Shown: positions 37,724-50,324 of the stretch, in pieces | Layout: each line of letters opens with the position of its first letter | Numbering within the stretch: the first letter of the stretch is position 1 | Assembly: GCF_006345805.1 (NCBI RefSeq) | Contig: NC_043008.1 | Span: forward strand, 54,436,001-54,500,000 | Direction of reading: 5' to 3' | Source: Octopus sinensis | Lineage: Eukaryota | Length of the DNA: 64,000 nt | Position numbers and translations under genes: made by a program | The notes under the pieces: model-generated | Databases searched by the model: none | The model's input: only the letters and a program-made list of their open reading frames with translations | Told to the model about the DNA's origin: nothing

Positions 37724-37926
37724 ATTATTCTCAATATGCATATCTGTACAATCCTTCAAAACTCTCTACAGATGCAGGAGTGACTGTGTGGTAAGTGACT
37801 GCTTACCAACCACATGTTCCGAGTCAGTCCCATGCATGACACCTTGCGCAAGTGTCTTCTACTATAGCCTCAGGCCGACCAAAGCTTGTGAGTGGATTTG
37901 GTAGACGGAAACTAAAGAAGCCCATC

Positions 37927-37973
<47 letters not shown>

Positions 37974-38014
37974 AAATGAGAAAATGGAGAAACAACATAT
38001 ATATATATATATTA

Positions 38015-38080
<66 letters not shown>

Positions 38081-38296
38081 GTATGTGTGTGGTATATCGG
38101 GTTGGTCTGTGTTTGTCCCTCCAGCATTGCTGACAACCGCTGGTGGTATATTTACGTCTCCGTAACTTAGCGGTTCAGCAAAAGAGACCGATAGAATAAG
38201 TACTAGGCTTACAAAGAATAAGTCCTGGGGTCGATTTGCTCGACTAAAGGTGGTGCTCCCACATGGCCGCAATCAAATGTCTGAAACAAGTAAAAG

Positions 38297-38341
<45 letters not shown>

Positions 38342-39049
38342 GTATGTGTGTGTATATAGATACATACATACATACACACACACATACCCATATCGTTATC
38401 TTCGGGGATAGTCTTTTTTATTTTTATGCCAATTAACCACATGCACTAGATACACGTTCTTCCCTTCAGCTTTATTGTTATTCTTATTTTCATGTCCTTT
38501 TGTCTGGAAATCTTTTGTCACACTCCTGTGGCCTCTTCAGCAACTCTCCATCCAGCATGTCTTCTCCTGTTCTGTTTAATTCATTCTGTCTTCCCTGGTG
38601 TGTATCCTTATCTGCACTTGCATTTCCATTGGTATCTGTGTGCGTGTGTGTGTGTGTGCATATATAAGTGTGTCTATGGTTAGTATACGTGTTATGTTAC
38701 CGTATGTATGGGTTTGCTTTCAACACTATTTGCATCCATGTCCTTTAGCTGTTTTTTTATACATTTATTTACTTTTTTCTTTCTTTCCATCCTAAGTATG
38801 TGTATGTGTGTCTTGTGTGTGTGTATGGGTTTATATATTATACTGTTTGTATTTGTGTCATATTTTTCTTCTCTCATCCTGTCTTTAGTCATCATTGCAT
38901 AGTGTGATGGAGGGTTATTATTGTCCCATTCATGTTTTCTGTTTGCAGTCATGAAATACATGAAATTTTGATACAACATAAAGGACATAATGGAAATTAA
39001 TGTACACAAGTCAAATTTTGCAACACCACTACATCACATAAGAAAAATG

Positions 39050-39317
39050 GGCAATCTTACGGTTCTAGTATATTTTACGTCAAATGACCACATGTATTGT
39101 TTATATATGATCGTCGATTTCATTTTTACATATGGGGTTGGGGGGAAATGGGATCTTTGGGGTTAGGGTCCTAACCCTAACCTAACCCCAAGATCCCATT
39201 CCCCATATGTAAAAAATAAATGTAAAAAAATAAAAGTCTTTTACGGAAATCAACGAAATATATAAACAAATACAAGTGGACATTTGACATAAAATATACT
39301 AGAACCGTAAGATTGCC
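39050..39317. mobile_element. Merlin-like fold-back MITE with central telomeric repeats
   Basis: TIR GGCAATCTTACGGTTCTAGTATATTTT; flanks GAAAAATG / GAAAAGTG (7/8). Confidence 0.8.
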
Positions 39318-39324
39318 GAAAAGT

Positions 39325-39840
39325 GACATTGCTTAAATGGCAGCCATTTTTGCCTTTCCATGCCCATGCTTTCCAAAACTTGCACCATAACACCCTCGAG
39401 AATTTCAGACCCCACTTCTCTGATTTCTCTAGTGATATTCTCCTTCAGTTGCACCAGAGTCTCGTTTGTTGTCGTAAACCCTCTCTTTCAGGTATCCATG
39501 ACTGAGACCTTTTCGCACCCGGCCAGTCAAAGTAGACCCCACACATGGTTCCAGCAAGATGAGAGCAACTGCTTATACTACAAGAGAAACAATTCAGTTG
39601 CTACGGCAATGCTTTGGAGAGAAAATAATCTCCTGCTACATACAGCAATGTCAACTGGCCTTCCTGTTCTCCAGACTTGACTAGCTCAGATTTTTTCTTG
39701 TGGGGATACCCGAAACAGAGGGCTTAGGGTCAACAAATTGGAGACCCTGGTGCAAATGAAGAACATCAACAGAGAAATCAGGGAAGTGGGGTTTGAAACT
39801 TTTGAGGGTGTTATGGTGCAAGTTTTGGAAGGAGCACAAG
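39325..39840. mobile_element. Tc1/mariner-superfamily transposase C-terminal relic with inverted duplication
   Basis: WFQQD...NWPSCSPDLTSSDFFLWGY on plus strand; 39371-39497 is an inverted copy of 39704-39830. Confidence 0.75.
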
Positions 39841-40912
39841 TGCAGGAGTGGCTGTGTGGTAAGTAGCTTGCTTACCAACCACATGGTTCCAGGTTCAGTC
39901 CTGCGTGGCACCTTGGGCAAGTGTCTTCTACTATAGCCTCGGGCTGACCAAAGCCTTGTGAGTGGATTTGGTAGACAGAAACTCAAAGAAGCCCGTCGTA
40001 TATATGTATATATATATATGTGTGTGTGTGTCTGTGTTTGTCCCCCTAGTATTGCTTGACAACCAATGCTGGTGTGTTTACGTCCCCGTCATTTAGCGGT
40101 TCGGCAAAGAGACCGATAGTATAAGTTCTGGGCTTACAAAGAATAAGTCCCGGGGTCGATTTGCTCAACTAAAGGCGGTGCTCCAGCATGGCCGCAGTCA
40201 AATGACTGAAACAAGTAAAAAGAGTAAAAAAGAGTATGCTAAGCCAAAGTTTTGGGAGTGGGAGTTAAAGGAACTTTCCCAAAGTGACATGCAAATCAAG
40301 ATTCTTAACCACATGGGCATGCCGGCACCTAAAAATTAAATTCTAACAGAAACTCCCCCATGAGGATTACAACCACTGGTTTACAAGACCAGTGCTTTAA
40401 CCAGTGAACTATTAAATCTGCTACTTTAAATCCTGATTTTTATGCAAGAAATTATGATACTTATAAAAAGAGAATTATTGTGCTGAGAACATGTTCTGAC
40501 AAGAAATGACTTAAAGCAGTTAATCTTCACCACAAAACACGTATTAAGATTTTCCTCTCATAATGGCAATATTTTTTTCATTTGAAATTGGTTTTTAATT
40601 TGGTTTCAATTTCACATTTTTTGTCTATTTTTATATGAAAAAGGTCAAAGAGATCTACAAAGAAACTTTTGTGCAACACACGCAAAGTGAAATTCTTCCC
40701 CTCAACTAACACACAGCCGTATTAAATTAATGTCACTTTAAAATATGCGTTACCCCTACACTTCCACCACCACCATAACAATCAGTCTTAAATTAAGGTC
40801 ACGCTAAGATGTATTGTTAACCCTTGCAAAGATAGAGTATGTGAATCTACATGTTGTGTAACCTGTAGGTAATAAAAACAAATCAGCACACACAAACACC
40901 ACCACCATCACC

Positions 40913-40946
<34 letters not shown>

Positions 40947-40994
<48 letters not shown>

Positions 40995-41541
40995 TATATA
41001 GATATATATAGATATATATAGAGAGACAGATAATTAGATATATATATATATATATCAGGTGGTGCTATTAAGTTAGACATAGCCTGGACCAATCTCTGGT
41101 CGAAACATATCTAAGTTTTATCCAAGTTTTATATATATATATATATATATATATCTTTTACTCTTTTACTTGCTTCAGTCATTTGACTGTGGCCATGCTG
41201 GAGCACCACCTTTAGTCGAGCAAATCGAACCCCAGGACTTATTCTTTGCAAGCCTAGTACTTATTCTATCGGTCTCTTTTGCCAAACTGCTAAGTTACGG
41301 GGATGTAAACACACCAACATCGGTTGTCAAACGATGTTGGGGGACAAACACAGACACACACATATATATACAACGGGCTTCTTTCAGTTTCTGTCTACCA
41401 AATCCACTCATAAGGCTTTGGTCAGCCCGAGGCTATAGTAGAAGACACTTGCCCAAGGTGCCACACAGTGAGACTGAACCCAGAACCATGTGGTTAGTAA
41501 GCAAGGTACTTACCACACAGCCACTCCTGTGCCTATATATA

Positions 41542-41619
<78 letters not shown>

Positions 41620-41633
41620 GGTATATATAGGTA

Positions 41634-41718
<85 letters not shown>

Positions 41719-42352
41719 TAGATATATATAGATATATATAGAGAGACAGATAATTAGATATATATATATATATATCAGGTGGTGCTATTAAGTTAGACAT
41801 AGCCTGGACCAATCTCTGGTCGAAACATATCTAAGTTTTATCTAAGTTTTATATATATATATATATATATATATCTTTTACTCTTTTACTTGCTTCAGTC
41901 ATTTGACTGTGGCCATGCTAGAGCACCACCTTTAGTCGAGCAAATCGACCCCAGGACTTATTCTTTGCAAGCCTAGTACTTATTCTATCGGTCTCTTTTG
42001 CCAAACTGCTAAGTTACGGGGATGTAAACACACCAACATCGGTTGTCAAACGATGTTGGGGGACAAACACAGACACACACATATATATACAACGGGCTTC
42101 TTTCAGTTTCTGTCTACCAAATCCACTCATAAGGCTTTGGTCAGCCCGAGGCTATAGTAGAAGACACTTGCCCAAGGTGCCACACAGTGAGACTGAACCC
42201 AGAACCATGTGGTTAGTAAGCAAGGTACTTACCACACAGCCACTCCTGTGCCTATATATATGTATATGTGTATATATATATATATAATATATATATATAT
42301 ATATAATATATATAATATATATATATATAATATATATAGGTATATATAGGTA

Positions 42353-42400
<48 letters not shown>
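40947..42400. repeat. Tandem duplication of a ~720-bp unit ((GATA)n, unique spacer, SINE2, (TA)n)
   Basis: Offset 720 (41021/41741, 41101/41821); about three differences seen outside the microsatellites. Confidence 0.9.
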
Positions 42401-42401
<1 letters not shown>

Positions 42402-43367
42402 TATATATATATGTAGATATAGATATATAGATATATAGATAGATATAGATACACACATATATATACATGTGCCTTTGTGTCTGTGTCATGTTTGTCTGCC
42501 ACCACTGCTTGACACCCAACATTATAACTTAGCAGGTCAGCAAAAATGACCAATAGAATAAATACTAGTTTTAAAAAATAAATAAGTACCATGGTCAATT
42601 CGTTCAACTAAAATCCTTCATCATGGCTGCAGTCCAATGACTGAAACAAAAAAATTCACGAATAACAGCTTGACCGTTAGGTCAAACATGTATGCATACC
42701 CCCTTTGCAACACTTTGCCATTTGTCCATATATTCCTGGGTTTTCCCAGGCAACCCATTGGACAGATTCTCCAAGAGATACGTCTTCATCTGCCATGACC
42801 ATGTGGCATGGGGTTGACCAACACAAGCCACGAAGTGGTTGGCATTAGGAAGGGCATCCAGCTGTAGCAACACTGCCAGATCAGACTGGAGCCTGGTGCA
42901 GCCTCCTGGCTTCCCAGACCCCAGTCGAACCGTCGAACCCATGCTAGCATGGAAAACGGACGTTAAACGATGATGATGATGATGAATTTAACTGTGATGA
43001 TAAATAAAGAAATAAAAACAGAACAAGACTACAACAAATAACAAATTGCAAGTAAGCAAAGTCTGGGTTTAGGACACAACCAAGGAACTAAACCCCTTTA
43101 TTGTATTCAAAAATAATATCGCATCAATATTACACCAATATCACAACAATATTTCATAAGTATTACATCATAAAAGCACAAATATTATATCAACATTATA
43201 TATTTCAGTTTTAAATCAACAAATCAATACATTTTCAATATCCACAGCAATATTGTATCAATATTAGATCATTATCTTATCAATACAATATAAATACGAC
43301 AGAAACATTCCTGGAGTTGTATTTGGTGCCATCAGTGAAGAGGGTTGGTGCCAGCCAGACAAGTGGA

Positions 43368-43397
43368 CTAGGAAAGAATCCCTTCAGGTGGTAACAG
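43368..43397 (-). CDS. LRRC23: LRRC23-like paralog B, candidate last coding exon (LLPPEGILS*)
   Basis: ctttctttattcag acceptor, phase 0, TAG, unique AT-rich downstream region with AATAAA at 43097-43102. Confidence 0.5.
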   Translation of the reverse strand: MLPPEGILS

Positions 43398-44101
43398 CTG
43401 AATAAAGAAAGCAGAATTATTATTGTTATTGTTATTATTTTAATTTATCATTATTATCATTATAATTATCATTATTATAATTATTATAATTATGTAAGGT
43501 AGCGAGCTGGCAGAGTCATTAGAGGAGTGGCTGTGTAGTAAGTAGCTTGTTTACCAACCACATGGTTCCAGGTTCAGTCCCACTGCGTGGCACCTTGGGC
43601 AAGTGTCTTCTACTATAGCCTCGGGCCTTGTGAGTGGATTTGGTAGACGGAAACTGAAAGAACCCGTCGTATATATGTATATATATTTTTGCGTGTGTGT
43701 GTTTGTGTATCTGTGTTTGTCCCCCTAGCATTGCTTGACAACCGATGCTGGTGTGTTTATGTCCCCATTACTTAGCAGTTCGGCAAAAGAGACCGATAGA
43801 ATAAGTACTGGGCTTACAAAAGAATAAGTCCCGGGGTCGAGTTGCTCGAGTAAAGGCGGTGCTCCAGCATGGCCGCAGTCAAATGACTGAAACAAGTAAA
43901 AGAGAAAGAGAAATACCGGGCAAAATGCTTTGTGGCATTTCATCCGTCTTTGCGCTCTGAGTTTAAATTCCACCAAGGTTGACTTTGCCTTTCATGCTTT
44001 CAGGGTTGATAAATTAAGTACGAGTGAAACACAGGGCTCGATGTAATCGACTACTCCCTTCCCCCAAAATTTCAGGCCTTGAGTCTATAACAGAAAGAAT
44101 T

Positions 44102-45120
44102 ATTACCTTCGCCTTAACGAAGGCGGAGGTATTGTTTTCAGTTGTGTTTGTTTGTTTGTCTGCTGCATGGATTCAGATGAAACTTTCAGGGATGTTTGGC
44201 CTCAAGACTGGCACGAACTTAATTAGATTTTGGGATCAATCCAGTACTGGACAAAGATTCTGGATTATTTGTTATATTTACCTTACTTTACATGAAGTAT
44301 TACAATCTTATGTTAACTTTCAAGTCTTTCTCTGATTATCTCCCTTGAAAGCATGGCTCATGGTTTCCATGTAAGTTATGGGAGCATTGCTGTTTTTGTT
44401 TTTCTATTATTAATTTTACTCACATCTCTATCTTAGTAGAAACTGATGCATAAAGAAATCAAACTACATACACAAACGGCAGCAAAACCATTCGGAAATT
44501 AAATAACGCTAACATATTCAGTAATAATAATAAATTTAATTTATCCTCGACAATTTTTAGTTTTACCAATTTTGAATATATTGCTCCTGTTTAAAACCTC
44601 TTACCCACTTGACAATTGCATCTCTAGCTCTGTCTTGAAGGGAGCTTTATTTCTTGGACTCATGCTTCTGTGCGCAATGATGTTGTTAAACCTCAGTTAA
44701 CAGCACCATATGCAGGTCCTTTCCATTTTCTTTCATGCATGGATAAATTTTTCTCTATAGACCTTAATGGTCATAAAGACACTATATCAGTGGGTAGACT
44801 CAAAAAGGCCTTCATAGGAGAAAACTGTCCCTGTTCCCACTGTAGACGAGACACACAGCAATACAAACACGGCCCACACACCCACCTTCACATTCCATGA
44901 CTACCATTGGGATCGATCAGGTACCAAACAAGGATTCTGGATTATTTTTCCTGTTTTCTTACTTAATTCTTGAGAGTGGTCAGGTTCATTTTTAGTATTC
45001 TCGTTTGTGAGAGCAGTTGAGTTTATTTCAGATATTCTCATTTTAAAAAGCCTCTGCAGCTAATCGTTGAGAAGATGTTGGCATTGCCTTGGCGGAGGTT
45101 TGCGTTCTCTGAGTGCCCTT
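44102..45120 (+). mobile_element. Helentron-like non-autonomous element
   Basis: 5' hairpin ACCTTCGCC...GGCGGAGGT, 3' CCTTGGCGGAGGT followed by GCGTTCTCTGAGTGC stem-loop. Confidence 0.65.
44640..44830 (+). mobile_element. Ty3/Gypsy integrase C-terminal (GPF/Y) fragment
   Basis: VRNDVVKPQLTAPYAGPFHFLSCMDKFFSIDLNGHKDTISVGRLKKAF. Confidence 0.8.
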
Positions 45121-45389
45121 GTTGTTGGTGTTGTAGTTGTTGTTATTGTTGTTGTTATTAATATTATTTAAGGCAGCAAGCTGGCACAATCATTAACACA
45201 CCAGATAAAAAACCTTAGAGGCATGTTGTCTGTCTTTATGTTCTAAGTTCAAGTCCCGCCATGGTCAACTTTACCTTTAATGCTTTCAGGGTTGATTAAA
45301 TAAGCATCAATCAAACAATGGGGTCAATGTCATCGGTCAAAATTGCTGGCCTTGTGTCAAAATTTAAAACTATCATTACAACAACAACA

Positions 45390-45421
<32 letters not shown>

Positions 45422-46174
45422 CACCACCACCACTACTACTACTATTGCTAAGACAGTGAGGCAGCAGAATCATTTGCATACCAAAACAAAAAAAAATGCC
45501 AAGCACCATTTCTTCTAGCTCTTTACATTTGGAGTTCAAATACAACCAAGTTCAACTTTGCCTTTCATCCTTTCAGGGTCAATAAAATAAGTACCAGTTG
45601 TGTACTGGGGTCGATGTAATCAACTAAACCCCTCTACCTACAAATTACCCTCTTTGTACCAAAAAATTGAAACTATTATTATCATGACGGAATCGTTTCA
45701 TCCATCTTTACATTCTGTGCTGAAATTCCACCGAGGTCAACTTTGCCCTTCATATTTTCAGGGCCAACAAAATAAGTACCAGTTGAGTATTGGGGTTGAT
45801 GTAATTGACTTATCCCTTTCCCTGAAATTGCTGGCCTTGTGCTAAAATTTCAAATCATTAAAAGCAACAAGCTGGCAGAATCATTAGTACACCGGACAAA
45901 ATTATTAGGGCCAGGGTCAATTTTATTTTTCATCCTTTCAAAGTCAATAAACTAAGCACCAGAGTCCCTGTAACCAATTATCCCCCCCACACACACACAC
46001 ATAATTTCAGCCCTTATACCTAAGGCAGAAAGAATCATAGCAGAATCATTAGAGCATCAGATAAAATGCTTTCAAATTCATTATATTCAGAGTTCAAATC
46101 CAGCCAAGATCCAAACAGCATTTTGTCCTCCTTCTGGGACTAAAAAAAGTATAAACACGGGATTATAAAAAGTA

Positions 46175-47005
46175 TGACCACGGGATTGCACCTAGAAAGT
46201 TCCTCTCTGAGGGGCAAGTCCAGGCAAGGTTGTCTTATGGAAGACTAGCAGTCACCCATGCACACCAATTTCCCCTCTCCACACCATTATATGTACATAT
46301 ATGTAAAGGGTAAAGACCCCCATTGGTCATGAATGACCATGTGATTGCACCAAGAAAGTTACCCTCCAAGGTACAATTCTGGGCAAGGTTGTTTTGGGAA
46401 GACCAGCAGTTGCCATGTATACCAGCTTCCCCTCTCCACACCATTATATGTACTGGCAGAAACGTTAGCGCGCCGGGCGAAATGCTTAGCGGTAGTTCGT
46501 CAGACGTTACGTTCTGAGTTCAAATTCCGCTGAGGTAGGCTTTGCCTTTCATCCTTTCGGGGTCGATAAATAAAGTACCAATTTCGCACTGGGATCGATG
46601 TAATCGACTTAATCCCTTTGTCTGTCCTTGTTTGTCCCCTCTATGTTTAGCCCCTTGTGGATAGTAAAGAAATATATATATATAAAGGGTAAAGACCCCC
46701 ATTGGTCATGAATGGACGTGGGATTGCACCTAGAAAGTTACCCTCCCAGGCACAAGTCCGAGCAAGGTTGTTTTATGGAAGACCAGCAGTCACCCATGCA
46801 TACCAGACTCCCCTCTCCACGCCACTGATGTTATCCAAGGGAAAGGCAAAGGCCAATACAGCCTGGCACCTGTGACGTCGCAACTCATTTCTACAACTGA
46901 GTGAATTGAAGCAACATGAAATAAAGAGCACAACACACAGCCCAGTCCGAGAATCAAACTCACTACCTCATGATTAAAGTTCAACGTTCTAACCACTAAG
47001 CCAAA
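46175..47005 (-). mobile_element. SINE family 3 cluster with nested SINE1. Other copies approx.: 2305-2860 (-), 5250-5705 (+), 55095-55425 (+)
   Basis: Recurring GGGATTGCACCTAGAAAG...GAAGACCAGCAGTC body with a tRNA-like head. Confidence 0.75.
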
Positions 47006-47251
47006 GTAGAGGGATTGATGCAATCAACTAGCCCCTCCCCTCAAAATAGTTCCCCTGATGATAAGGATTTATAAAAATAGACATGATGTGATTATTGTAC
47101 ATCTCTCTCACTCACTCTCTCACTCTTTCACTCTCTCTCTCTCACGCTCTCTCTCACGCTCTCTCTCTCTCTCTCTCTCTGTTGGCTTGTCATATATCTT
47201 TCTTACATTTTGTTATATCTCTGACAATTTATGTCTCTAAAATTTTGTCAT

Positions 47252-47336
<85 letters not shown>

Positions 47337-47591
47337 TCTCTCTCTCTCTCTCTCTCTTCTATTTTTGTCTATCTTTCTTTCTCAGTCTCTCACTTTCTCT
47401 TTCTCTCTCTTTCTCTCTCCCTCTGACACATCTCACCATCTCTCTTTCTCCTTTTTTCTCTCTCCCTCTCTCCTTCTTTACCATCTCACCTTATCAACCA
47501 ATCATTGACAACTAATCTTGGAACTAAATAACAATGGAAGAACTCTATTTGGAAAATATTATCAATCACAGGCTTAAAAGAACCACAATAC

Positions 47592-47734
47592 CTCAGAATT
47601 ACGGCGCTGCCTGGCAAGGTCCCTTGCGTCTGCTTGCTCTTCATCAGTAACTTCCTCTTCATCCAAGACTGTGAGAGTCTTCAAGACATTCAGAACTTCA
47701 ATACGGAATTCGTCATCCGTAGCTATGGGATTTT
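47592..47734 (-). CDS. LRRC23: LRRC23-like paralog B, 143-nt LRRcap exon
   Basis: (E)NPIATDDEFRIEVLNVLKTLTVLDEEEVTDEEQADARDLARQRRNSE; same length and phases as 5798-5940. Confidence 0.9.
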
Positions 47735-48485
47735 CTGGATTCCAAAAATAAGCAAATTAAATGTTTTTGAGAAAAATATGTAGTAAATAGGCACAGGAGT
47801 GGCTGTGTGGTAAGTAGCTTGCTAACCAACCACATGGTTCCGGGTTCAGTCCCACTGCGTGGCATCTTGGGCAACCAATGCCTTGTGAGTGGATTTGGTA
47901 GACGGAAACTGAAAGAAGCCTGTCGTATATATGTATATATATATATGTATGTGTGTCTGTGTTTGTCCCCCTGGCATTGCTTGACAACTGATGCTGGTGT
48001 GTTTATGTCCCCGTCACTTAGCGGTTCGGCAAAAGAGACCGATAGAATAAGTACTGGGCTTACAAAGAATAAGTCCCGGGGTCGATTTGCTCGACTAAAG
48101 GCAGTGCTCCAGCATGGCCACAGTCTATTTAGATAGAGAGTAAGAGGAAGAGAAAATAAATTTCAGGGTTAGGGGTTATTAATGAGGCTAGTAGGGAGTC
48201 ATAGTAGTAGAGGTGGAAGGTGGGAGAATGTTCCTATACTCACCACCCACAAACATCTCTGCCTGTAAACACTCAGTGAAGCTCTACATAGTGCCAATAG
48301 CTTACTGGCTGCTATTTCTAGCAATGATTGTACTTTGTGTACATCTGCTTTGTAAGCCTAGTACTTATTCCATCAGTCTCTTTTGCCGAACCACTAACTT
48401 ACGGGGACATAAACATACCGCCATCAGTTGTCAAGCGATGTTGGGCAGACAAACACAGACACACAAACATATACACACACATACA

Positions 48486-48529
<44 letters not shown>

Positions 48530-48534
<5 letters not shown>

Positions 48535-48846
48535 CCTCGTCTGGCACCTGTGTCGGTGGCACATAAAAAACACCATCCGAGCGTGGCTGTTCGCCAGCCT
48601 CATCTGGCACCTGTGTCGGTGGCACATAAAAAACACCATCCAAGCATGGCCGTTCGCCAGCCTCGTCTGGCACCTGTGTCGGTGGCACATAAAATCCCCC
48701 ACTACACTCTCGGAGTGGTTGGCGTTAGGAAGGGCATCCAGCTGTAGAAACACTTCCAGATCTGACTGGCCTGGTGCAGCCTTCGGGCTTCCCAGACCCC
48801 AGTTGAACCGTCCAACCCATGCTAGCATGGAAAGCGGACGTTAAAC

Positions 48847-48885
<39 letters not shown>
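48530..48885 (+). mobile_element. RTE 3' UTR-only copy with three internal ~60-bp repeats. Similar copies approx.: 1915-2210, 12600-12790, 20950-21195, 22730-23225, 34130-34583, 42810-42985; minus strand 24722-24970, 28820-29000, 31500-31730, 50710-50910, 52655-52850
   Basis: Shared AAAAGCACC...AGGGCATCCAGCTGTAGAAA...GCTAGCATGGAAAGCGGACGTTAAAC(GAT)n. Confidence 0.8.
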
Positions 48886-49323
48886 ACAACGGGTTTCTTT
48901 CAGTTTCCGTCTACCAAATCCACTCACAAGGCTTTGATCAGCCCGAGGCTATAGTAGAAGACACTTGCCCAAGGTTCCACGCAGTGGGAATGAACCCGGA
49001 ACCATGTGGTTGGTAAGCAAGCTACTTACCACACAGCCATTCCTGTACCTATATATATATATGTATATATATATGAGTGTGTGTATTTCTGTATGTACGT
49101 ATGTATATGCGTATATGTGCTTGTATTGGTTCCCCAACCATCTCTTGGTAACAAGTGTTGGTTTGTTGACATCCCTGCAACTTGGTAGTTCAGCAGAAAT
49201 AGATTGATAGACTAAGTACCAGGCTTACAAATAGGTATTGGTGAAAGGGGATTGATTTGTTTGGCTAAAGCTATTCAAGGTCTTGGTTTGTGATTTGATA
49301 AGAAGTGAAATATAAGGACTCAC

Positions 49324-49400
49324 CACTCAGCATTAAGGTCTTCAGTTGTGGCAGAGTAGACATTTGGGTCAGGTCAAAGTACTGTGCTATTCTATTATCT
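49324..49400 (-). CDS. LRRC23: LRRC23-like paralog B, 77-nt exon
   Basis: DNRIAQYFDLTQMSTLPQLKTLMLS; ccattcag acceptor, gtgagt donor; same length and phases as 1433-1509. Confidence 0.88.
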
Positions 49401-49973
49401 CTGAATGGAAGAAGAGAGAGAGAATGGGGAGAGTGAGAGAAAGGAAGAGAGAAAGGGAGAGAGAAAAAGGCAAAGAGAGAAATAGTAAGAGAGATATATA
49501 GAAAGAGAGAGAGAGAGGTAGAGAGAGAAGGAGACAGAGAGAGACAGACAGAGAAAGAAGGAAAGAAAGAAAGGAGACACAAAGAGAGAAAAGGAGACAG
49601 AGAGAGAGAGAAAAAGAGACAGAGAGAGAAAAGGGAAAGAGAGAGAAAGAGGGAGAGAAAGAGACACAAAGAGAGGAAGGGAGACAGAGAGAGAGAGAAA
49701 AAAGACAGAGAGAGAAAAGGGAAAGAGAGAGAGAAAGAGGGAGAGAAAGAGAGAGGGAGAGAGATAGAGAAAGGGAAAGAGACAAAGAGAGAAAAAGAGA
49801 CAGAGAGAGAAAAGAGAGAGATAGAAAAAGGGAAAGAGAGAGAGAGAGGTTGAGACAGAGAGAAAGCAAGAGAAAGATGAAATAAATATTAATTATCAAA
49901 AGAAACAAATTTATTACCTTAAAATAAAATTAAAACAAATTTCTCATTTGTATATTTGTAAAAACATGTTATT

Positions 49974-50324
49974 GACTTTGACTTGACTTTGACCGACCAG
50001 TCCATCAGGCGTCCATTTGACACCGCTGGTCACAGCACGCTGTCCACTCCTCTCTGGATCGCGCCTTTCTCATCCACGTGATCCCAATCGTCCTCCTGAA
50101 ATCATAATTCCACCGTCGTGGAGGTCTTCCGGGTGGTCTTTTCCGCTCACACGGGTACCACTCGACAACTGCGTGCGTCCACCGATTATCGGTGAGCCGG
50201 GCGACGTGTCCAGCCCATCTATACTTGCTGCGTGTATACTCTGCGATGACATCTCTCACGCCGGACTTCTTTCTGATGATCTTGCTACTTATGTGCTCTC
50301 TCAACGAGATACCAAGCATTGACC
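49974..50324 (-). mobile_element. Young 5'-truncated RTE LINE of a second family with a 14-bp TSD
   Basis: Open 104-aa frame (KYRWAGHVARLTDNRWT...RPPGRPPRRW), (TCAAAG)-type tail, AAAAACATGTTATT at 49960-49973 and 50325-50338. Confidence 0.9.

Noticed and set aside
47095-47515. Ser/Leu-rich ORFs here and at 49271-49908 and 63388-63736
   Set aside because: (CT)n/(GA)n microsatellite translations; only the 77-nt exon at 49324-49400 is real coding sequence
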